Notes under the pieces: generated by a model | The model's database searches: none | The model's input: the letters and a program-made list of their open reading frames with translations, nothing else | Told to the model about the DNA's origin: nothing | Assembly (NCBI GenBank): GCA_030141605.1 | Contig: JAQGDQ010000050.1 | Span: 507,971 to 571,970, forward strand | Direction: 5' to 3' | DNA length: 64,000 nucleotides | Origin: Tubiluchus corallicola | Lineage: Eukaryota > Animalia > Priapulida | In this document: in pieces, positions 13,171-24,293 of the stretch | Layout of the letters: each line of letters begins with the position of its first letter | Numbering within the stretch: the first letter of the stretch is position 1 | Translations under genes and position numbers: made by a program

Positions 13171-14981
13171 AAAGCTCTTTCAATAAGTATCTTGTTGCTT
13201 TCTATAGCTGAAGAAAGTGTAATTACGTTGACATACTCAAAAATTCTTTAAAAAATTTCTAAAAATATTTAAAGATTACAAAGCTGGTACTATACTAGAA
13301 ACAATGTTGGTGGAGCACATGCCCCAAGCTAAAGTCTGTAAAATCATGAAAAGATACCATTACAGGCTTTATGTTTCTATTACAACTGGAATGCAATTAA
13401 AACATGCACTTAAAAAGTGCAGAGCATACGAGTTTATGGATTAAACAGCTACACTTTATGTAAAATTGATACAAGTAGCGAAACGCACAAGTCCAAATGT
13501 CTTGTCGATGCAATTAAAGATTTTTTATTGTCCAAGATAGCCAATCGTCATCATATTCCAAAATCGTACTATCACATGACAAACTTGACTGACTGATTGA
13601 CTGACATACTATGTGCGACTCGACATCATTCTATCTGAAGCAAATAAAAATAATTTCTGCTAATCCAATGTCAAAAAATACATTAATTAATTTGTATCAT
13701 GAAAATAAATAATAATGTGACGAAATATGAAAAAAATCAAACTTCATCTTTGCCGCATCTTACTAACTTGCTAAAGAGAACTTGAGTAACAAAATTTTAT
13801 TATTAAACGATACGAGGTACTGAACAAAATGACTTAATTCCTATCCTGTCTCCAAAATGTCGCCAATGGCCTACTTCTACTCTTTAGCTCACCAGTTGAT
13901 CAACAGCCTAATTTTGCAAAAAAACGAATATAAGGAGGCACCACCATGTGTGTCTTCCTTTTATGTAAATAGCAAATAGTCTTTCGCAGATCAATGCCGA
14001 TTTCTCTTCTTTTCTTGCTTTAACCACCAGAGTGAACAAGTCATATAATTCAGTCAAAAAGTATCCATTTCAAGCTTTCTACAAATTCAGCTATAAAATT
14101 TCTACAAAAGCCTTATTTAAATAAGCCTTTGTCACGGTCATGCGTGGCTGATTAAAACAAACAGCCATTTAACCGTGATAACACATTTGCGTAGCATTTG
14201 AAATTGCGTACCACTAGTTATAATCAAACACATCGTATTAAATCTGTTACTGAAACAAACCTACAGGAATAGATAAAATTATAAGTACGTGGCTCCATCT
14301 TTTGTCAATTTACCAAAGAAATGTTACAAGAATTTTTGAACCAAATTTTGGCTTCACGATGTCATATTCATCGGAATTTCATCCTACACTTGCAATTGTA
14401 AGATTAACTAAGTCAACAGGTATTACTTGAGAGACGACCGTTTTTCCAAGAGTTACAATGTAATATAAATAAGGTTAAATGGCCGATATTACTAAAAGGC
14501 CCGTTTATTGTTTTCGTCTTGGTGGGGGCGGAGGGTTAGCCGACAAGGCGCTGTTTTCAATACTTTTGTAATCAACTTGCAATTAGCTACGTGAATTGTT
14601 CACACTACAAATCATTCATTAGCTGAGGAAAAGAGAACGCAGATCGTGCGTCTAGTGCTCGGTAAAATACGATTTTCTAAGATGTACACGCGAGGATCTC
14701 GTACTCTTACGATCGTGGAGTCTCCCAATAAAGCGTCTGGAAGCTTGGTACCCAACTCCTCAGCTTATTAGAAGAACAACCCGTTGGAAGCGTCGTGGTG
14801 GTCTTTGTCGTATGTTAGTCTCGTGGTTTTACGTCAAACGAGTGGAACCTTGGCACAATTGCAGCTGCTGACGATTGTTAGCCAAGTGATTCCAGCAGTA
14901 TAAGGAGACCCGAACTATGACGGAAAGACGTCAAGCTAGGGTGAAAAGCTAGTGGACTAACTTTACATGATGGGTACCCCA

Positions 14982-15278
14982 CTGTGCTTATGTAAGTAAG
15001 TTTCGAGCTTTTGTGTCTACAGTCATTGTGGACTAATTTTGAATGAGCCAGACATTATTAATGCAAATTAAACTGTTAAACTGTCAAAACTCTCAAATAA
15101 TTTATTCGTTTATACTTTGTTGCGTTCATTATTTTCATTCTGTGCTTATGTAAGTAAGTTTCGAGCTTTTGTGTCTACAGTCATTGTGGTTTTTGTGGGT
15201 TTTTGTTAAACTGTTAAACTGTCAAAACTCTCAAATAATTTATTCGTTTATACTTTGTTGCGTTCATTATTTTCATTC
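14982..15278. repeat. Tandem duplication, two copies of about 140-160 bp
   Basis: ctgtgcttatgtaagtaagtttcgagcttttgtgtctacagtcattgtgg ... ttaaactgttaaactgtcaaaac ... attttcattc starts at 14982 and again at 15140. Only the middle segment differs. Confidence 0.9.
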
Positions 15279-15522
15279 ACGCTGCATCTCCACACTCTGT
15301 ACGATAGAAAGGACCGACCCTCCTACGCCTGTAACTACCTTGGTTCTTAAGCGAATGCCTTTCTCTTGGGATCATTCACCCTTCGGCACTCACCCTCAAC
15401 ATTTGGGATCACTCACCCTTCGGCAGTCCATCTTGGCATATCTTGCCTGGCACGTTCAAGACCCAGTTAGGCTAGCAAAGAATTTCGTGAGCCGCATGTT
15501 ACAGCATGCATATACTTCATAG

Positions 15523-15734
15523 CAGTGGCGAAGTGTAGATCAACTACTGTACCACAAATTCGGTGCCGAGAAAATACGTTTCACTGCAAAATATTAAAAT
15601 TTTTATAAGTCGCTGGCACGCTGCGCCGCATTGCCGACTCAGTGAGAGCAGACACTCACCTCCACACTCTTCCCGGTATAACCCCTCAACCCCCCCCCCC
15701 CGAACTGGCAAACCGCGCCATCCAGCGCCACTCG
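15523..15734. mobile_element. Possible hAT-type MITE remnant
   Basis: Starts CAGTGGCG and ends CGCCACTCG, with a GC-rich interior and a C-run. No TSD is visible. Confidence 0.3.
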
Positions 15735-16065
15735 CAGAGAACACAAAACACAGCTTTTACAAGTTAAAAACTTATATCTAAACAAATTATATCCGAAATT
15801 AATCTATAGCTAATTACAAACAACCGTCATTAAAATCGCAAGTAACTTAATCTCGCAAACTTCTCCAAAAACTTTACGTATTCGCTGCAATATATGCAAT
15901 CTTCTAATTATGCCTCTTGTTTAAATTAATAGGCGTACAGACAAATCATTTTTACAAATCATAAAAAAAAAATTACGCATAATAAATGTGGCAAATGAAA
16001 ATGTAACACAAGATAAAATGCTGGTGCACTATAATTAAGGTGGTCAGCCTTGGCGTATAAAACAT

Positions 16066-17620
16066 GGGCTAATGTCGGACAATGAGTTTTACGTTTGCCT
16101 AAAACCCATTAAATTACCTGGAGGCTGTTTTTTCCTGTCATTGTTAATACTAATACATCACATCATTAGACTGGCATATTCTTTCATTGTCTAGTAGTTC
16201 GTCTTCTAGCAGCCGTATAATCGTGTCGCAGGTCGTGAACATACAAGCTCGATCAGTGAGTACGTTTATTCATAATTGTATTAATTTTTTTTTATTTTCT
16301 GATAAACACACCTGGTGCATTAATTATTTACAGCATCCTCTTCAAAAATGGTTTATTTTGTAAGTTACTTCTTCCCTAATGCCTTCATGCCACACTTTGT
16401 AAAGCACCATATTTGTTTGTTTATTATACAACTCACTGCAGCAGTGTCGACTTTACCCAAAGGCATAGACTAATTTCGGACGATTGAATTTTTGTGTCCG
16501 ACTTTGTTCTGAATTAATTGTTTGTGTAGGTAAATAACATAAATTTCTGGCCATTTGAGTCAAAATGTAAAAAATCGTTTTAGAAACAGGGGAAGGAAAA
16601 ACCGTTATCGAAACGACTGGAAATATGCTTCAAATACGCTGCAAAAATAAAAACTTAAAGAATAAGAGAGGAAAAAGAGGAAAACTTCAGCAGTGGAGCT
16701 CTGATCAAATGCAGTCTGCCATCAAATCTAGTCTAATCTACAGACACACGCACGCTCGCTCGTACACACGCACACGCACGCACGCGCACACACAAACTCG
16801 GACGCACGCATACACATAACCTTAGCTGAGTTTTACACACGGCGCACTCAATTCACGGCAAATTATGCAAACTTTTATGCCTTTTAAAAATGTAATAAAT
16901 GAAAATATTACTAACTCAATGCAGAATTTAGATAGGAAATTATCAATTTTAAAAGACATAATAAACTCATTGTTTATAACACAAGATAAAATGCTTGTGC
17001 AATATAATTAAATTGCTCAGGGTTGGCGTATAAAACCTGACCATCATGTAACAAAAACTTGTCGAGCTGATCTGAATTGACTCCATAGAGGGTACTTAAA
17101 GGGGAGACGGTGATTTCAGAAATTAAACCGAACTGAATATGGATCAGATTGGCAGATATGCGTGACAACCGTATTCAAATTTGTATTCTGTGATATTTTC
17201 GGCGGCTATAAATAAATAACCACGTCGAGCAAAAAAGGTATTTTCCTTGCTTGCGTGGGCAATCGATAACATTTCTCTCATTCTCTTTAAAATATCTCTT
17301 TGCAAAATATTTAAAAGAATTACAACCACAAAGTTGTTCGTTTGCTGTTAATTATGTCTGACGTTACCCTGCTAAACTGTCCGACATTACCTGCAAGTGT
17401 TCGACGTTGCCCCATTTTTTGAAAAGACGTAGGAAAGTGTTTAATTATTCCAGTATTTTACATTTCATGCCGCCACCCGCTTTCCTGTTTTCACCCGCAG
17501 CCACTGTTTTCCCAGATTCCTTAACAATATAGTTTTAGTTCATCATACATTATTTCAAGAAAATTGCAAAAGTGAAGATAGAAACCTGAAGAACGATAAT
17601 TTCGTCCAACATTACCCAAT
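16066..17620 (+). mobile_element. Internally deleted pogo/Tigger-like DNA transposon
   Basis: ORF 16625 contains KRGKLQQWSSDQMQSAIK, resembling the start of an HTH_psq/CENP-B N domain. The motif gggctaatgtcggaca at 16066 has reverse-complement variants at about 17355, 17378, 17398 and 17604. Confidence 0.6.
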
Positions 17621-18218
17621 TGTTCGAAGGCACTAATAAATATGAAATGAAAATAATTTACTCCGCGTGCCATTTTTGCGAACGCCGGTTATGCTCGCGG
17701 TTTTGAAAATACATGAGTCTAAAAGCCGGTTTTCTCTTCACGACGTCAACAACTTCACTCAAACGTGTTCCATAAGTCTCCTTACAATAGACTGGTATAA
17801 GTCACTTGTAAAACATATAAAACCCATTAGCTGCCTACGTGTTATGTAGATGTTATATTTTCGCTGCAACAGAGAACAATAGTTTATGATATAAACTAAG
17901 TCGTTTCAAGCGTCAGTAACAGGATTGAATTAAATGAATTTATTAGACAAGTTTATATTATAAAATTATATTATTATTACCACCATATATTATTTCATAT
18001 TATTTTATAGAAATTACTAAAAATTATATTATTATGAACTTAATTATTTTATAAAAATTTCAATTTCCGTTAAAAACTTTTAAAGTAAATAGACATGATA
18101 AATATTGTTTGTAACTTCATTATGGGTTTTGTTTAGGTCTATGTCAGCAAATTACCATTACTTCAGTTAAGTTACTCTGTTAACAATTTAGAAGGATCAG
18201 TTTCCCAGCAGTTCAGAA

Positions 18219-18440
18219 TTCCCTGCTGATCACCATAGCACATGACTGGTAAGAACGTTCCCTGCTAATCACCACAGCAATGGACTGCAAAGACAGTTCC
18301 CTGCTAATCACCACAGCAATGGACTGCAAAGACAGTTCCCTGCTGATCACCACAGTAACTGACTCGGAAGGAACTTCCCTGCTCATCATCATAGCAACAG
18401 ACTGGGAAGGCACTTTCTAGTTGATTACCATCACGGTGAC
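18219..18440. repeat. 39-bp minisatellite, about 5.5 copies
   Basis: Units of the type ttccctgctaatcaccacagcaatggactgcaaagacag; two adjacent units are identical. Confidence 0.9.
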
Positions 18441-19659
18441 ACAAATAAAAGTGATGTTAACCCAAAATTGGTTACCGTGACAGCCAAACTGGGTATATAT
18501 AAAAAGGTGCAGAGCGATGTTATCTGCTTTTACTATACTTATATACTATACTTTACCGTACTTCGCGTTCGCACTGTTAGTTCTTCACTGTTACACGCTG
18601 TTTGCCTTTCTCTACTTAGATGGGCACTAGTAGTTGCACAAAAACATTTGCTATACCCCTCAATTCAACTGTTCAGTTGTGATGCGGCGCACACAATCAA
18701 GAGGTCAAGCGTGAGCACAGGGGTAAACTTGAAATTTAAATTCTTAAAACTTGCAGCGATTAGTGTGTCACACTGAATGTTGAATAGTAGCACAGTACTT
18801 CAACTTTCGCTTTCGCAAACACGTGCAATAATACGTTCATGGAGTGTTTGTGCTGTTGAAAATTACGTTCGGTTATGACGTCATCACTAGCTTGGCTTGC
18901 CAAATTATTTAATTGTCAAATACACTTTGTCATTATTATAGGTGTAAAGACGTTTTTACCGTACTTCAGAATGGTCCGTGGAAAATAGAATATAAAAATC
19001 AACCTGTTTTCCTTTAAGGATTGCAACAGCACAGCGCTTTCATTTTGGAACAGTAAAACCGTATCTTAAATACAACAAGGTGCAAAAGAAAGAACCTGAT
19101 TATGTGAATATAACAGTTGTAAAAAGAGTTCTTAACAAAAAATAATTCGACCATACAATGAAACAATCAAATAAACAAAATCATACTGATGTCGTATATA
19201 AATAAACTATTGGCTTCCATCTATACATTTTTTGGCAGATATTTACATCAAATCAATAACCGTTGATACTATTAATGTATTATTTTAAAATTGATAAATC
19301 TTCAGAACTTATAACACCGCACGTATTTTGAAAAATAAGTTGCACTTATAATTTAGTCATTGATTAAACAAAATTAATGAAACCAAGCAGCAAAGAAAGG
19401 AAATTGGAACAGTGCATTTTTTTTCTAAATCTACGTTATAAAATGACTTCTGCTGTGTACATAACTTAAGCATAATATCCATGCGTATACTAATATAAAT
19501 ACAAATGTAAAAAATACTAAATCATAAAGATAATTGACATTCTTTATCATGCTTTTCAGATATTTTTTGTACCTTTCAAAGCCAAAAATTATATCATGCG
19601 CAGAACCTTTGCTTCTCATATAAGTATCATAGGCACATAATACTATTGACTAGATAGTT

Positions 19660-19667
19660 TATAAAAG
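19660..19667 (+). promoter_or_regulatory. Candidate TATA box of the neurotrophin-like gene
   Basis: TATAAAAG about 120 bp upstream of the ATG at 19782. Confidence 0.35.
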
Positions 19668-19781
19668 AAACCATCTAATCAACGCCTGCGTAAGATTGTT
19701 TCGCTCGTTTCTTCAATCTTTGCTTCAGCCCGTCGTGGTCCACAGCTACGTGAACTTTCCGTACAAAAGCTGTAGTTTATT

Positions 19782-19848
19782 ATGATGAATGCAAAAGCAG
19801 CAGGTTTTGTGTTTTGCCTATCTTACTTTGCCGGTTTAGCAGCTAGTG
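19782..19848 (+). CDS. Neurotrophin-like gene, coding exon 1 (signal peptide)
   Basis: MMNAKAAGFVFCLSYFAGLAAS followed by a G|gtaagt donor (phase 1), which is phase-compatible with the next exon. Confidence 0.7.
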
Positions 19849-20811
19849 GTAAGTTTTTTTATTGCATAAATTCTTTAGTGTCAATTTATTATATTTTACA
19901 AATATAAACAAATATTATGAATACAGATGATGTACATGTATATGTAATACACAGGGGCGTCCAGAAAAAACGTTCCCATTATTAACTCGTAACCCTTCAT
20001 CATGGTAGAAGTTTTTGTAAAAGGGACACTCAACACCGTGTAGCACGACTTCTCCTCTTTTCAAAGAGCTATAAATTCCCCTCAAAGTTCCTTGTAATTG
20101 GTTTTTCTCCAGTTGACCCTGTAATATTACTGGAAGGGCAAAAAAGCGGATGGTATCTGCTAGTGCTGACCTATGTAAAATAAAACTACGTAGAAACACA
20201 TACCACATTAACAACAGAATTTGGCAGAAATGCAGCAATACTATTTATTATAACAAGGTAGAAGTATCTTCACGGGTTTTATCAAACACATTCCTGCCGT
20301 GACTGAGCAATCGAAATGGGTGAAAATTATATACTGTACGCGCGCTTCGTCAATACCAGATGTGGCAGTACCGATACTTGCCATTTCCTTATGGACGATA
20401 ATCTGATCATGAAAGTAAGCACCACAGCAACAGAAGCAAGGGCGTACCTCGCTATTATTTGCTTCTTTTTGCCAATGTTAATCCATAGCTCAAAATCGTC
20501 TAACGCATAAAATATTGAAAAAAAATATCTAATTTTTTCAATGATGACGTGAAAGAGTTATTTCTGCGGAAATTTAATTTCAAGTTCGCACGGTAGTTTT
20601 TCAGGGCTGTAAGCTATTATCTAATTATGAGAGACACGTTTGGGATTTTTGTAGATATCACCTCTGCAAAATGGGGTAACATCGAAAACAACACAATCGT
20701 TCAGTTTTCCTTTAAAACAGAAAACATCAAAACAGTCGAGAGTAGGTTTATGCGCATCACGTAGACTTACAGTGGTTTATTTCCATTTATATCATAAATT
20801 TGTCGTTTCAG

Positions 20812-21083
20812 CTTTAGACGGTGGTCATCACGTCAAGCAGAGGGATATTCTAACTCACTTAGAAAGGCGTCAAGGAAGAACATCAGACAGAAATTTAAAT
20901 GAATTGATAGGTTTCTACACATACCTCAAGCACCGACCAGCTTTACTAAAACAGAGACTGGAAGCTAGTTCAAACCCATTCTTACTAAGAAAACCTTACG
21001 CCAGTAGTCATCAAATTAATAAACTGGTAAGGAAAGTGAAAGACACACCAGACGAAGAAAATAACAAGAAAATCTTGAAACAA
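20812..21083 (+). CDS. Neurotrophin-like gene, coding exon 2 (prodomain); alternative in-frame donor after 21026
   Basis: The tttcag acceptor ends at 20811. Open frame ALDGGHHVKQR...KKILKQ. Donors CTG|gtaagg (21026) and CAA|gtaatt (21083) are both phase 0. Confidence 0.65.
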
Positions 21084-21785
21084 GTAATTACATAGTTCTT
21101 TCATTAACTATTAACTTTTAGGCATTATAGCAGAAAGGGCAGCAGCCGCAACAACAACAACAACAGCAGCAACAGCGTGATAATGAAGACAGATGCGAGA
21201 CTGATGCTGCTGTTCATTGCTTCTTGTTGTTGTCGTTGTTGTCGATCTTGTATTTTTGTCGTTATGGCTGCTACTGCTGTCGTTGTTGTTGTTATCGTCG
21301 TCGTCATGGTCGTCATTAATTGTATTAACGCTGTTCTTTGTTGTTTGATATAATAATAACTTTAATAATTTCTAACTGCAATATTCATATTTTTAATTTC
21401 GAATTATGCGAGAATTACGATAAATACTAGTGCCTCCAGTATTCCAGGTGACTTCTTCATTTAACACGGACAAAGGCGTTCACGTCAATTTCTGTTTTTC
21501 TACTATGTTAATTTTTACTGGATTAATCTACTTTACATTAACATATATATACTCATTTTAAAGCTGTAACGACAAAAAGTCCCTTCAGGCAGCATAGCTT
21601 TCTGTCACAAACACTGGGTCCACTGATCATAATTCCAGTAATATACATAGACGCCCATAATTTTTCATCATTCATCAAAACTGAAGAAAATATCGTCCTA
21701 CTTTCTTATAAGTAATACATAACAAATCTGAACTGTCAATTTTTGCTCATTTTTATGGGTTTTTAATTCTCACTTTCATCCTCAG

Positions 21786-22129
21786 CTAGAAAACATGGCT
21801 TCTTATTTTTTGGACTCTGACCACCCGACTGACGTTGCATCATCAACAGACACAACCGAAGAACGAGCGGCCGATAACGTTGCGAATTCCGAAGATGAAT
21901 TACGGGCCGTTAAGAAAGATGAATTAAAGAGTTACAATGACGGTAGCCATCCACAGTTCGTGTGCTCATCCAGAAGTGACTGGATACAGGTACTCAATTC
22001 AACAGACATGAGTGGTAATGATGTCATGGTACTACAGCCTCCAAATGATCGCCACCAGCAGTGGTTTTATGCCACTTGGTGTTTGGATGAAACTGAGGGA
22101 GAGCCAAGTTTAGGAGTTGACCGCACAAG
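21786..22129 (+). CDS. Neurotrophin-like gene, coding exon 3 (end of prodomain and N-half of the NGF domain)
   Basis: ctcag acceptor. FVCSSRSDWIQVLNSTDMSGNDVMVL...QQWFYATWC...SLGVD matches the NGF/BDNF pattern SVCDS.S.WV...DMSG..VTVL...KQYFYETKC...CRGID. Ends at AG|gtaagc (phase 2). Confidence 0.9.
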
Positions 22130-23144
22130 GTAAGCAATGTGCCATAAGATACGGTTAGCCTTCTCTAGCTGCAGCAGTGGGTTATTATTAATTCATCAAT
22201 TTATTAACGAATTGTTAACAATCTGTGCTAGCAGTCGTCACTAATAAAATAAAAATAACTAGCGCGAGATTATTTAGTGGAATCACTCTTTTTTGTTCTA
22301 TATACAGTTGAGACGTGCATTAAATATTGGGTTAGTGCCACATTCTTCTAGACCATGATGTTGTGGTTATTAAAGCTTTCCCTACTGTTGTTGTTGGACT
22401 CATTCGCTTGCTACAGCTATACAAATAACTTCACAAGAAGTGTTGAATCCAGTACATGTACTGTTTATGTAAATTTCCTAACACACACATATTACTATAT
22501 ATATTCTGACGAAGTAGAGCTGTGTTCGTCCTCTGAAAACGTCGGCTTAGTTCAATGCCTAGCAGATGAATTAGAATTAAAATTATTACGAAGGTGGATA
22601 AATTTGCAATAAAGTGATATATAATGGTTAATATTTATACACAATAAAAAACATACTTTAAGATCTCTTAGTTTACAAAAAGTGAAATAGCCTAAAATAT
22701 ATAAGGAGTACTGCTATTTGTTAGTATCACATAAACATTAGTGAGCACTTTGAATTATATTATTCGCAAAAATATGCATCATGTATCACATGAAGTAATG
22801 GTGCTTGGGCTTGCATTATATAAATTTATATAATTATTTGTTTAAGAACACACTCATCATATACAAGTACACGCATAATTTATACCTATACTTTATATTC
22901 ATTCATGCATATGCACATCATACAGGACTACACACATACATCTAACTGATGATTCTAATTTTTGTCTTTTCTGTTTTGACGTCAGCTTTGGTGATCACCG
23001 ATTCTTGACGATAACGTTAAAGTGCTTCTCGGAGAGTAGGCTGTCTTTAACAATACTCAAATATATAAAAAATGCATTTCTTTATATTTGTGTAAGGCCA
23101 TTGTCCGCCCTTGTATGAAAAATATTAGTGGCACAAAAATGATG

Positions 23145-24100
23145 CGGTAAAAATGGCACAGGTAAAAATGGAACGGGAAAAATGGCACATAAAATTATTT
23201 CGATGTAAATTATCTCTACAATAAAACTAGAATGCGTTCAGTAGGAAAGGCGAAAACTCTGTCACACGTTCGACTGATTCTTTTGGTAGAAAAAATGTAA
23301 AACAAAGATAAACAAGCAAGCATACAATAATAAGCATACCTAAGTAAGTACTACATAAACCACCAAGAGCTCACGAAATAGTTTGTTCTCCAAACAGAAT
23401 TTTAGTTAGTAATGCACGACCATTCTACACAATGTTTGTCCAAATTTCTTTAACCATTTGGCTATGGTAATAGACTGACAAATGTACACATCTACATACT
23501 AACTCAGCTTATAAAGCTGTAATCATGTATAATCAAGGGCTATAGACAGAGTTACCCAGTTTTCCAAACGAAAATTTCTCAAAATGGATCCTGGAACTAA
23601 CTTGAAGCTGTTTGCTCTGCTTGAGATCATTAAAAAGAATTACCTTATCTTGTAGCTAACTCCTCCTCTTTCCAAAGAGCTATAACACTCCCACTATAAG
23701 ACCTCCACGAAGTGTTTCACGAATATTTTTTGTAGGCGTTTGGTCAAGTTTTGTGGCGAATAAGCAGTTTTCACCTTGTCCCCTATCTAGGAATATGCTT
23801 CGAAATGCATCTTTCTTGTCCATACCCCTCTTCTTCACAAAGTGTGTGGAATTTGTTAAGTAGTTTTTGCGCAATTGTCTTACTGCTATTTAATAAAAAA
23901 ACGAAGGAAACAAACAGCATTGAAGCATAACTTCCTTGGTACAGATAAAAATGACAAAGTTAATTATACCGACTGTAACCTTATCCCTAAACTCATATTT
24001 TACGTGTGCCAGTTTTTCCCATTTTTCCGTTTGTGTCTTATTTCTTTTCCGATGCCATTTTTACCGTGCCATTTTACCTGCGCTTTTTTATTTTTTACCG
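23145..24100. mobile_element. Inverted-repeat element in neurotrophin intron 3, with nested insertion(s)
   Basis: ggtaaaaatggcaca units at 23145-23190 and inverse gtgccatttttacc-type units at 24007-24100. An interior segment starting aactagaatg (23224) resembles a non-autonomous Helentron-like element. Confidence 0.55.
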
Positions 24101-24154
24101 TTCACTCTCCATATGAATTCACATGGAACTCTCAAAGTCTCTTATTTGTTACAG

Positions 24155-24293
24155 GTATATGTCTAAGTGTGAAACTCAGACAGGTTACGTAATCGCTTAC
24201 GTGAAGGAAATTCATACAACATCTAAACCCGACTGGAGATATATAAAGGTAGCCACGGCTTGCAGCTGTGGCATTTCTACACTGTCCGTATAA
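24155..24293 (+). CDS. Neurotrophin-like gene, terminal coding exon 4 (C-half of the cystine knot)
   Basis: ttgttacag acceptor. (R)YMSKCETQTGYVIAYVKEIHTTSKPDWRYIKVATACSCGISTLSV* matches WNSQC.TTQSYVRA......WRFIRIDTSCVC. AATAAA at about 24352. Confidence 0.9.

Noticed and set aside
12316-13251. Long ORFs (178-182 aa) rich in H/T/P/K
   Set aside because: They are translations of the tandem array. Several frames and both strands are open, and unit lengths vary from 13 to 15 bp.
19915-20238. Minus-strand ORF in intron 1 with FILHRSALA resembling hAT HC.IHR.ALA
   Set aside because: A single short motif with no other hAT motifs recognised; too weak to call.
21795-22133. ORF taken as a complete 112-aa protein
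   Set aside because: It has no signal peptide and only half a knot. It is an internal exon with a phase-matched partner at 24155.
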